Assembly (NCBI RefSeq): GCF_001194135.2
Contig: NC_069000.1
Span: 14,637,705-14,678,044 of the forward strand
Direction of reading: 5' to 3'
DNA from: Octopus bimaculoides
Taxonomy: Eukaryota
DNA length: 40,340 bases
The notes under the pieces were generated by a model. It saw only the letters and a list, made by a program, of their open reading frames with translations. It was not told the origin of the DNA and did not search any database. A program made the translations under genes and the position numbers. Below, one piece after another: positions 10,975 to 19,848 of this stretch. Positions within the stretch are counted from its first letter, which is position 1, and each line of letters starts with the position of its first letter.

Positions 10975-11520
10975 TCATAATCGTTTAATGTCTGCTTTCC
11001 ATGCTAGCATGGGTTGGACGACTGGCAAGCCAGAAGGCTGCACCAGGCTCCAATCTGATGTGGCAGAGTTTCTACAGCTGGATGCCCTTCCTAACGCCAA
11101 CCACTCCGAGAGTGTAGCGAGTGCTTTTATGTGACACCGGCACGAAGGCCAGTCACACGGTACTGGCAACGGCCACGCTCAAAAAGGTTTTTTTACGTGC
11201 CACCTGCACAGGAGCCAGTCTAGCGGCACTGGCAACGACCTCGCTCGAATAATTTTGTAATGTGCCACCAGCACAAGTGCTAGAAGCCAACGCTGGTAAC
11301 GATTACGCTAAAATGGTGCTATTTACGGGCCACTAGCACGGAAGCCAGACAGCTGCTCTGGCAATGAACACGCTCGACAGTGCTGTTAGTGCTCCACTGA
11401 CGCAGTGACCAAGCATCGAGTATGGTTCTATTACGATTTCACTTGCACCAACAGGTCTTCGCAAGCAGAGTTTAGTGTCCAATGAAGGAGAGGTTGGCAT
11501 GGATGCCAGTCGTCGGATTC
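10975..11520 (-). mobile_element. Longest family D retroposon copy, with four ~65-bp GC-rich internal repeats
   Basis: Same 3' end as 26864-27088; repeat units start at 11121, 11187, 11251 and 11316. Confidence 0.8.
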
Positions 11521-11734
11521 GGTTCGATTTCAATGTTTAACTGTGGTACTGGTTTCAGTCATTGGACTGTGGCCATGCAGGGGCAGAGACACTATCTTCA
11601 AGAGTTTTAGCCGATCATATCAATGCCAGTACTTATTTCATTTTCATATTTGTTTTTGTTTTGAGTGACTTATCTTTATGACACAACATTGCTTTTTAAA
11701 CTGATCAACATTAATACAATGAGACAAATACAAA

Positions 11735-11885
11735 CTTCTGCACAGTTTCCATCTATCAAGTTCTGCTCACAAGATGTTGGTCAAACAGAGAAACAATAAT
11801 AGAAGCCACTTGACTCAGGTGCTATGAGTGAAATCAAACCTAAGACTATGTAGTTACACAGCAAAATTCTTAACTTGCACAATCA
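11735..11885 (-). mobile_element. Degenerate SINE family A
   Basis: cagtttccatctatcaag..agaagccacttg motifs in reverse orientation. Confidence 0.55.
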
Positions 11886-12291
11886 CTGTCACTAATATTA
11901 ATGTGTTGGTTTTCTTTTTGTTTTTATTATTATTAATAAAGAGTCTGTTCTCCATTACAAATTTTCACCTGTCATGTAACTGAATCAAGTACATAAACAT
12001 TTGGAATGTGTATTTATAATTAATTTTGGTTGTAAGAATGTGTTGGAATTACAGGTGGGTCAGCAGCAGAAAACCTTACTGAAGCTGATAGCTGTATAAA
12101 TTAAATGAATGAATAAAGAAATACCATTAAAAAAAAAGTGTTTTTTTTTTAAATTCATGTCTAAGTAAAACTATTTGTTTTCCAATTTATGATTCAAGAT
12201 ATCTAAATATCAAATGCATGCGTGTGTATGCAACAAGCCATTGTAAATTTGAAACCCTTACATATGTATTACTCTAACCCTTATAAAGGAC

Positions 12292-12482
12292 AAAAGTTCT
12301 TGGCTTTGAATAAAAGAAAATACAGGAGGATCAGTTAATTATGATTTTATTCAACATATTCCCCTCTCAGATTCACACACTTATTGAAGCGGTCCTTCAG
12401 TTTTTCTAAACTCTGTAAAAGAATTTGGAAGGTTGGGCCTCCAACTAAGCCTTTCACGATACCCTTAAAGCCAGGAACTTTT
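12292..12482 (-). mobile_element. mariner-derived MITE retaining the transposase C-terminus
   Basis: Inverted ends aaaagttcttggcttt / aaagccaggaactttt; minus strand reads LEKLKDRFNKCVNLRGEYVE*, typical of a mariner transposase end; sister copy at 29522-29712. Confidence 0.8.
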
Positions 12483-12566
12483 CAGCAGGACTTCATATGG
12501 TACAATGTATAGAAAACAAAAACACCATAAAGCAAACAACGAAGAACCCTAACTATGTAAGTTTAA

Positions 12567-12715
12567 CCCTTTAGCATTCAGATTGTTCTTTCGAATGCAA
12601 TGCATATTTAACTCTTCAGCAATCAGTTTACTTTGTGAAATGTAATGTTTTTTTTATTCATATTGTTTTGAATTAATCATTCATTATCTTGTAGGTTTGA
12701 GATTTCAATGGAGAG
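12567..12715 (+). mobile_element. piggyBac-type MITE fragment
   Basis: TTAA|CCCTTTAGCATTCAGA start; 5' half of the family. Confidence 0.65.
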
Positions 12716-12915
12716 ATTACTCTTTTACTTGTTTCAGCCATTTGTTTCTATGGGATTGGTAGTGATGCAGACGTTGGTTTACATATAATTTACTATGTTG
12801 CTCTGGTAAGTAAAACCTAAAGAAAATGAAAAATAGATTCCCCCTGCAACCTTTTTCTTCGTATTTTGTGCTAAACATGCAAGAATAACAATCAGACAAA
12901 TGATAATTCAATTAT

Positions 12916-12925
12916 TTTATTTATT
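12916..12925 (-). terminator. RPS19 poly(A) signal candidates (overlapping AATAAA)
   Basis: Minus strand AATAAATAAA 20-29 nt after the stop codon. Confidence 0.65.
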
Positions 12926-12944
12926 TTTTTCACATTTATACTCT

Positions 12945-13047
12945 CTATTTCGTATGAGCAACATTACCAGTGGTAAGGTGGTTGTATTTTATCTGGGAAG
13001 CAATTCGGTCTAAATCCCGACGACCCTGAGAGGTTAAACGGCGACCA
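12945..13047 (-). CDS. RPS19: 40S ribosomal protein S19, exon 6
   Basis: gctttcag|T; GRRLTSQGRRDLDRIASQIKYNHLTTGNVAHTK*; 103 nt, phase fits exon 5. Confidence 0.96.
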
Positions 13048-13682
13048 CTGAAAGCAAACAAAGTGAAATTTTTTTAAATGCAAAATATGGGAGAGTGAAA
13101 AACAAAAATTGAAGAAATATCTTTATCGAATACTAAGGAAAATCCCTTCTAGTGAAGCACCCGATTTCCCTCACCTCCCATGAAACGTGGAAAACAACGT
13201 GAATAAATAAACATTACATTTAACAGTAACCGGAATGCTAAAGGGATAAGAATATTTGTCATTGCTCTGATTCTTGCTGGGTTGGCAGATATCAGCATGC
13301 AACAGCAGATAATTGGTTTGCTGAATTTATAAATAAGAGCCACAAACTCTTGTTAAGATTCATTATTCCAAAGTAGCTTTTGATTGAGAAAACAACGCTG
13401 AAACACCAGGTGTCCCGAAGTCCTTTCACCAATGAATTGAGAATTATGAAAGAAATTACCCCTCTAATAACGAAATACAACAGTGACTAACATTTTTCAT
13501 GTTTGAATGTCATCAATATAATATAAATTACACACACAAACAAACAAACACTGAAATCAATACAAAGTTATTTTCAAGATCTATTAGCATCCTACATTTG
13601 TAATCACCTCATGAGTTTAAAATTTTCCCCATGTGAGGTGAACACCAGCCATAACTTCACCTAAGACTAAAACAGTTCCTAA

Positions 13683-13756
13683 GTGAGATCTCAGATATAT
13701 AGGTCCTCAATTTCTTTTTCAGACAGGGATAACAAAAAATCATCACAGAAACCCAC
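13683..13756 (-). ncRNA. Box C/D snoRNA, snR38/SNORD1 type (copy 1, RPS19 intron 5)
   Basis: C GTGATGA (13746-13740); guide GTTATCCCTGT (13733-13723) antisense to conserved 28S ACAGGGAUAAC; D' CTGA; C' TTGAGGA; D CTGA (13694-13691); terminal stem gtggg/ctcac. Confidence 0.88.
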
Positions 13757-13870
13757 TTTTCATACAAGCTGGCAAAACCCTTCACTTATTTTTTCCAATT
13801 TAACTGAAAAACATTTTAAAGTAAAAATAAAAAGGCTAAGCTAATAGCAAATGAACTACTTTACAGAGAG

Positions 13871-13907
<37 letters not shown>

Positions 13908-13926
13908 AAAGATTTTTAATACATAC

Positions 13927-14041
13927 CCATTGGGATCTTTCTCAACAAGTTTGAGGTTTTCCAGAGCCTGTAAAACACGTCGGGCAATGGAAGCTGAGGC
14001 GGGACAAAAATGACTGGGCACAGTACCATTCCTTTTGCGTC
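13927..14041 (-). CDS. RPS19: 40S ribosomal protein S19, exon 5
   Basis: ttctgtag|GA..GG|gtatgt, 115 nt; [39 protein letters not shown]. Confidence 0.97.
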
Positions 14042-14209
14042 CTACAGAAAGTAAACGTAAATTTTATACGTAGGTAACGTTCTTGCCATTGACGTATTTT
14101 AAATATAAATCCAGAGCAAACTTTAGAAGATATATTGAAAATATTTTTCTGAGAATTTAATGGGAAAATTTACAAACACCCAAATTTCCCAGTTTTGCAT
14201 AAATACAAA

Positions 14210-14279
14210 GTGAGATCTCAGATAGACATGTCCTCAACAATGTCAGACAGGGATAACAAAAGATCATCATAGAACTCAC
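14210..14279 (-). ncRNA. Box C/D snoRNA, snR38/SNORD1 type (copy 2, RPS19 intron 4)
   Basis: C ATGATGA (14270-14264); the same 11-nt guide (14257-14247); D' CTGA; C' TTGAGGA; D CTGA; perfect gtgag/ctcac stem. Spacers differ from copy 1 while boxes and guide are kept. Confidence 0.9.
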
Positions 14280-15389
14280 ATTCCTTACTGTTTAGGGTCT
14301 GCCAAAAGAATGTGTACACACTTCAGGAAAGGAAAAATCCATATAAATAAGTACCTCTAAAAATAGATATCTCTCTTGATGTTTTATCAAACTGCAGTAA
14401 TACTGAGTAAATTGTAATAACACTGGCTTACAATATTCATAGACTTTTTCCTTTCCTGTGCATATGTTTTTATGGCAGACTATCAACAAATGAGATTTGT
14501 ATCTTATTCTGTGAATATTATTCACTCTACAAATTTACTAAGTGCCTACTATAAATTGCACAGAGCTCATCCTCTTGAACTAAATCCAGATTTAACATCA
14601 TCTTCAGAAGTTTAGCAGGTAAGCAATGATGGAAACAGAAATAACTTGTAGATGTAGCTATTATGAGTAATAGCATTGTTTATCAAATGATACAGGAACA
14701 ATGATGACTTGATTCGTAAAGCCTATGAACCATTCAAGGCTTGGAATATAGTCCTACTTACTGATAGATTCTACAACAAAAATCAGGTCAACAATTCTCA
14801 AAAACATTCAAACTTCAGTTGTTGCTAGAAGAAATTTGATAAGTTTTCAGAACCTACCGGAATTAGCATTCGCAGTAGTAAAAACCAGTAATATGGAGAA
14901 AGCCCCCATAAAGGTTGTTCACAAGACCAAGTAACATAAGTCATTTTATGGTAGTACTTGCCAGATAAACTTGTGCATAAATTGCTTTTAACCAAAGTAC
15001 AATTTATTATACAGCAAGTAAATTTTGCAATTTTTAATTATTTACTACAATATTCATTCTATATCGCATTCTGGAGCAAGCAGAATTATTTTCTGCAGCA
15101 TCCACTCAATATGGAAATTTTGTAAAAACTGATACAATCTAAGCATAGGAAATTATCTACAAGAGGTAATGTTTAAAAAAAATAAGGTGCAAAGTGATAG
15201 CTTATTCTCTCACTCAGTATTGCAAGGGAAAGCAAGTCATGATGTTTTTGTAGTTTACCTTACAAAGTCACTCCTATACTACAGAAGCTTTCTTAATGTT
15301 GTCATTAAAAATTAAACATACACAGAAATTTGATTCTTTTACAAAATAGAGAAAACACTGCACCTCTTATATGCATTTCAGTCCACTAT

Positions 15390-15525
15390 GTAGGGTGGTT
15401 GGTGTTAGGAAAGGCATCCAGTCATAAAAACACCATGCCAAAATAGACACAGCAGCCTGATTAGCTCCTGTCAAACCGTACAACCTATGCCAGCATGGAA
15501 GGCTGATGTTAAACAATGAGGATGT
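15390..15525 (+). mobile_element. Degenerate family D retroposon, 3' end
   Basis: ggttggtgttaggaaaggcatccag..gccagcatggaaggctgatgttaaacaatgag. Confidence 0.65.
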
Positions 15526-15720
15526 CTCACTAGAAATGGAACACCTGTGATTTCTAGTTACATATCTTTTAAATTATATCTTATTCAAAGTGACCATATC
15601 TGTTGTTATTTTCAAGATCTATGAGCATCCTACATTTGTAATCACCTCATGAGTTTAAAATTTTCCCCATGTGAGGTGAACACCAGCCATAACTTCACCT
15701 AAGACTAAAACAGTTCCTAA

Positions 15721-15794
15721 ATGAGATCTCAGATATATAGGTCCTCAATTTCTTTTTCAGACAGGGATAACAAAAAATCATCACAGAAACCCAC
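15721..15794 (-). ncRNA. Box C/D snoRNA, snR38/SNORD1 type (copy 3, RPS19 intron 4)
   Basis: Identical to copy 1 except one base in the 3' terminal stem; part of a 202-bp duplication (15605-15806 vs 13567-13768). Confidence 0.85.
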
Positions 15795-16504
15795 TTTTCA
15801 TACAAGAACTGTTAACTTCTCTTACACTACAGCATCCAAAATCTTCCTGAAACTACATTTTACCGAGTTAGAAAGACAAGCTCGACATTTCCCACCAGCT
15901 GAAAAAAGCCACAAATCAGGACTTGGTTCACGAGTCCGGTCAAAGGATCACTCTGCCATCTTTCAGCGAAACCAGTGCACCATTTCCTGCAGAAGATTGG
16001 TTTGAAATTCAAACAACTAAAGTCAAGGAGATGCTCACAGAAACTGAAACCAATTCAAGATGGTTGTGTTAGACTGCAGATTGAGATCTTTCTGTAGGTG
16101 AAGGTTAATTCAGTTTCCACCACTTCACTCAAACTGTATAGGCTAAAGAGTGAAATGCTTGTAACCGAGATAGCTGATGATGACACAGAAGAGTTTCCAA
16201 TGTTGCAATGGCTTCAATCCCCACCAAGAGGAAAGCCTTATCTCTTAAGTAGCTGCTGCAGTTTCACTGGAGTGCTTTAAGTAACCAGTTAATTGTCTGG
16301 CATTTTCATAATTTGCTTTCAACCAATTAACCCAATTTTTTCAGGAAATAGAAAAACTGTCATTTATTATGTACAGAAAGTTATATTTTTAGCAATATCA
16401 TTATCACAATAAAAAGAAACCAAAGCTAAATATACTCAGTTCAAGAATAACTCAAAATGACATTGACCAGTGGAGCCAATATCAAAGCATATGTATATAC
16501 TCAC

Positions 16505-16573
16505 CTCCATATATTTTTGTGAATGCCCCAACACCAACAGGAGATTTAATATATAAATGCCTGCAAACTGAAG
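16505..16573 (-). CDS. RPS19: 40S ribosomal protein S19, exon 4
   Basis: ttttccag|CT..G|gtgagt, 69 nt; ASVCRHLYIKSPVGVGAFTKIYG. Confidence 0.96.
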
Positions 16574-16658
16574 CTGGAAAAAAAAGAAAAAAAAAAATTA
16601 CTCAAAATAATGTTGTCATGGTATTAAAATAAAATGCAGAATTTAATCATGAAATCCA

Positions 16659-16756
16659 TGTTTCAGAAGTCATTTGAACTCATAAGGCATCAAAACTAGC
16701 ACATCTAGTTCCAATATCCTTCAGTATTAGCATGACCAATAATTCATCATTAACAG
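16659..16756 (-). ncRNA. Box C/D snoRNA predicted to guide U6 snRNA A53 2'-O-methylation (SNORD8/9, mgU6-53 type), RPS19 intron 3
   Basis: C ATGATGA (16750-16744); guide GGTCATGCTAAT (16737-16726) pairs 12 bp (one G-U) with U6 AUUAGCAUGGCC; one spacer nt, then D' CTGA (16724-16721); internal hairpin aactag/ctagtt; D CTGA (16666-16663); tgtt/aaca stem; D box 89 nt upstream of the 3' splice site. Confidence 0.82.
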
Positions 16757-16787
16757 AGACCAATGTAAGATTATATATTATATTTAA

Positions 16788-16931
16788 TCCTTTAGTATTC
16801 AAATTATTGTCGAAAGTAATGCTTATTTATTCAGTTTTCCATTTAATTGTGCCTTTGAGATTTTGATGATGTGAATGTATATTATAGGGTAGGTGTGAGA
16901 GGCCAGATATGGCTTGTTTGAATACTAAAGG
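16788..16931 (+). mobile_element. Internally deleted piggyBac-type MITE in RPS19 intron 3
   Basis: TTAA|TCCTTTAGTATT...AATACTAAAGG|TTAT; body matches the family. Confidence 0.65.
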
Positions 16932-16981
16932 TTATCCAAATATCTAAAATACTATATATATATATGTATACATATATTTAC

Positions 16982-17082
16982 CAGCACGTGTATAAAACCA
17001 ATCTTGACTGTAAGGAGCTAATTCATTGAATCTTCCTAATTTTACAATATCAACCCATTCTGGAATTTTCATTTTACCAGAT
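16982..17082 (-). CDS. RPS19: 40S ribosomal protein S19, exon 3
   Basis: ctttacag|A..G|gtaaat, 101 nt; [33 protein letters not shown]. Confidence 0.97.
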
Positions 17083-17886
17083 CTGTAAAGAAAAATGATG
17101 CATTACAAACGAATGTAAGATGAATTATAAAAGAATAAAGATAAATATCAGACAAATTTAATAATAACTTGTTAATTAAGCAAAATCATGAATCCAAAGA
17201 TTTTTGTAAATAGTCCTCCAGATGTAAAATTTATAAAGTATTTTCATTTTGTAAACCCCATAAGGTAGATTATTTACAGCTATAGTTAAGTCTTTTAATT
17301 TTGAAGTCTTTTCTACATTGCAAGAACTGCTAACCAAACTGACAGATACTAACCAGTTATTAAAAACAAGTCACCTTTACATCAGTTTGTCATGAAAATT
17401 CAAACTTTTAAATTCATAAACTACATATCATTGGAGAAAAGGGAAACAAAAATACAAATCACTCAAGACACATTCGTCAGCCTATACAGAGACTAATCTT
17501 TAATGTATTCCAATAGCCAACGGAAAAAAAAAATACTGTACTTAAACTGGCCAAATGATGAAAAAGCATAGCCTCTATTTGACAGGCTAACGTTTTTGCC
17601 TAATATCCATTTACAACAAATCTAAATAACATTATCAAAGAACAAATCTTTGGAACATAAAATTCCTCACTGGCCACAGATTGACAGAAGGGGAAGTGAA
17701 ACTCCAAGATCGCCCAAGTGGGAACTGCAGTCCCTTTCATTCCAAGTTCGTATTAGAATTGAGCCATTAAGCTGCAATTCTTTTCTTGTTCTATGACCCA
17801 TAATATACAAAGTTTTAAATTCAACTTTGTATTCACAAATATAAATATACCAAGTTTTCCTGGCAAAATAGAAAAAGTATACTAAC

Positions 17887-17954
17887 CTTTTCAGAAAAGC
17901 ACCCAATGCTTTTGTGAATTCATGTTGGTCAACATCTTTGACACTAACGCCAGT
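17887..17954 (-). CDS. RPS19: 40S ribosomal protein S19, exon 2
   Basis: ttttatag|ACT..AG|gttagt, 68 nt; TGVSVKDVDQHEFTKALGAFLK. Confidence 0.96.
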
Positions 17955-19371
17955 CTATAAAATAAAACTCTCAATATTAGTTACTAGTCTTTCACGTTTT
18001 ACTTGCTTTCAACTATTTCCTGTGACCTAACACTATCTCTTAGAGACCTGGCAACTAGGGAGTTAAGGAGCTAATAGAAATCGCACACTTATTTCTAAAA
18101 GGCATCCTAAATAGAATAAAGAACACCCTTGTTTTCGTTAAAGTAATTTTTAAAAAATTAAATTCTATTTTAATATTCTTTAGGCTACCGCTTCTATTAT
18201 GGCGTTTTGGAATGACCGCAAAGTTGGTTAATACTTTGTGTATTAAAAAAATGTTTGTCTCTAAATTACCTACAGGTGCTTGTTTGTGTATACACATTTT
18301 GTGAGACGGACGTCACAGAAAAAATTTACTGGAAAAGGGAACGGAATTTAAAATGTAAAAACCAAAATCAAATTTACGGGGACAAAAATTATGGGTATAC
18401 GTAGAAACAATCATCTATTTCTTGTAATTTTCCTTCTCCATGAGGTAAGCTATTCAGGGGTTACACCCGTCTGGTGAGACGGTGTAAGAGTAAAAATTTC
18501 CTATCAAAAACTACACCAGGATATAGTTAATTTTGAAGATACATGAATTAGGGGAGTTTAAAAATAAAAGATGGGAAAGCAATTGCTTAAATTTTAGAAA
18601 ACTTTAATTTACACCTTCCCGCTAAAAAGCATGCAATGCTTTGAACGGGTTTTATTTCGAATTATGAAATTAAAAATATGTCACATGTTTCATGGCCGTT
18701 TTTCTAAAACTATTTTTGGGTAAAAAAAAAAATTTAATTCCTTAAACGACTAAATAATAATATAACCGAAGTTTTTAAGATTTTTATTATAAAAAAAAAA
18801 ATGTCAAGATATTTTTTTAATCAGTATATAATTAGATGTGCATGAACTTTAGAAAACATTGAAATCTGTGCGCACACGTACCTTTATAGTTAAACACAAT
18901 AATACCCTCACTCTAGAAAATTCGATGATCAGTAAAAAGAAAATCTTTTAAGTCTTAATTTAATAAAATAGGAGGACTTGAACTGCTTGACGTAATTTCG
19001 AGATTCGCTATTTTAGATGAACGATAGGGATATTTCTGATATCATTTAAATGGATAATATATAAAAACCGTTTAAAATGTATATTCAAACACACATAAAT
19101 CATTTATATAAACAAGAGACATACGTAAGATTGACTAAAGCAAATAACTACTTCAACTAAGAAAAGCCATTTCATCAATGTGGATGAAGTGGACAACGTG
19201 ACGGATATTAAACCAACAAAATATGAAGCAGCAAGATGATATTATGTCTCTAAATTTATAAACAACTTTCGGGGGGTACATAATCAGTTAATTAATACGT
19301 TAAAGTTATTTTTAAAATTTGTTTAAGATATATATTTTCAGTAAAAGTAAGAGAAGGTGTACACGACGTAC

Positions 19372-19389
19372 CTTGCGCTCGGAAGCCAT
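19372..19389 (-). CDS. RPS19: 40S ribosomal protein S19, exon 1 (MASERK)
   Basis: ATG GCT TCC GAG CGC AAG|gtacgt, phase 0 into exon 2; the six exons total 474 nt (157 aa + stop). Confidence 0.85.
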
Positions 19390-19395
19390 GATTAC

Positions 19396-19402
19396 AGAAA
19401 GG
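19396..19402 (-). promoter_or_regulatory. TCT initiator / 5'TOP tract of RPS19
   Basis: CCTTTCT fits YCTYTYY and lies just upstream of the ATG, as expected for ribosomal protein genes. Confidence 0.7.
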
Positions 19403-19798
19403 ACGCCCACGTGACTTGAATCAGCCTATCAGATTTAAGCGTTGAACGACTTCCGTCCTCTTCTCAGACGTTAATAGAATGTAATTTTCATTTGAAGAAT
19501 GGGATTTCACACGTGGTTTCGAAGGGAGACAACTAATGTTTATGATTTATCAGGAGTTAGAGCAGCTTATACATTAGCTGACTCTAATTGCCGCATAATG
19601 CTTACTATACGGTTGTTGGCACTCCATCGGTTACGACGACAAAGGTTCCAGTTGATCCTTCAAAATATGTGAAACAAGATTAAGGGCAAAGAAATAACTA
19701 TATTTATTAACGAAACACTGAATTTCTGCTTGTTTCTCGAAAAAAATAATAAAATTGTCAGATATCCGTCCAAAGCTAAATACATAAAGGGAGACAAT
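19403..19798. promoter_or_regulatory. Bidirectional promoter region between RPS19 and N6AMT1
   Basis: ATGs are 458 bp apart and divergent; E-boxes CACGTG at 19408-19413 and 19510-19515; ETS-like ACTTCCG at 19449-19455; aagggagacaa at 19522-19532 and 19787-19797. Confidence 0.7.
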
Positions 19799-19805
19799 TC
19801 TCTTT
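19799..19805 (+). promoter_or_regulatory. Candidate TCT/TOP start for N6AMT1
   Basis: TCTCTTT fits YCTYTYY; the actual TSS is unknown. Confidence 0.35.
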
Positions 19806-19809
19806 CAAC

Positions 19810-19848
19810 ATGTTCTTTTTCCCTTCTCGACTTCATTTCATTTCGTAA
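19810..19848 (+). promoter_or_regulatory. 12-codon uORF (MFFFPSRLHFIS*) whose TAA overlaps the N6AMT1 ATG
   Basis: caacATG at 19810 (A at -3); stop TAA at 19846-19848; main ATG at 19848-19850. Confidence 0.5.

Noticed and set aside
13255-13445. H/ACA-like hairpin followed by ACA in RPS19 intron 5 (minus strand)
   Set aside because: One plausible hairpin plus ACA, but no ANANNA hinge or convincing first hairpin; it abuts a MITE end.
14700-14764. ATGATGA…CTGA C/D-like pair on the + strand
   Set aside because: It is antisense to the host gene, has a weak terminal stem, and has no recognisable rRNA or snRNA complementarity.
14847-14947. Minus-strand CTGA with a nearby ATGCTAAT (U6-complementary) stretch
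   Set aside because: There is no proper C box and the complementarity is not adjacent to the D box.
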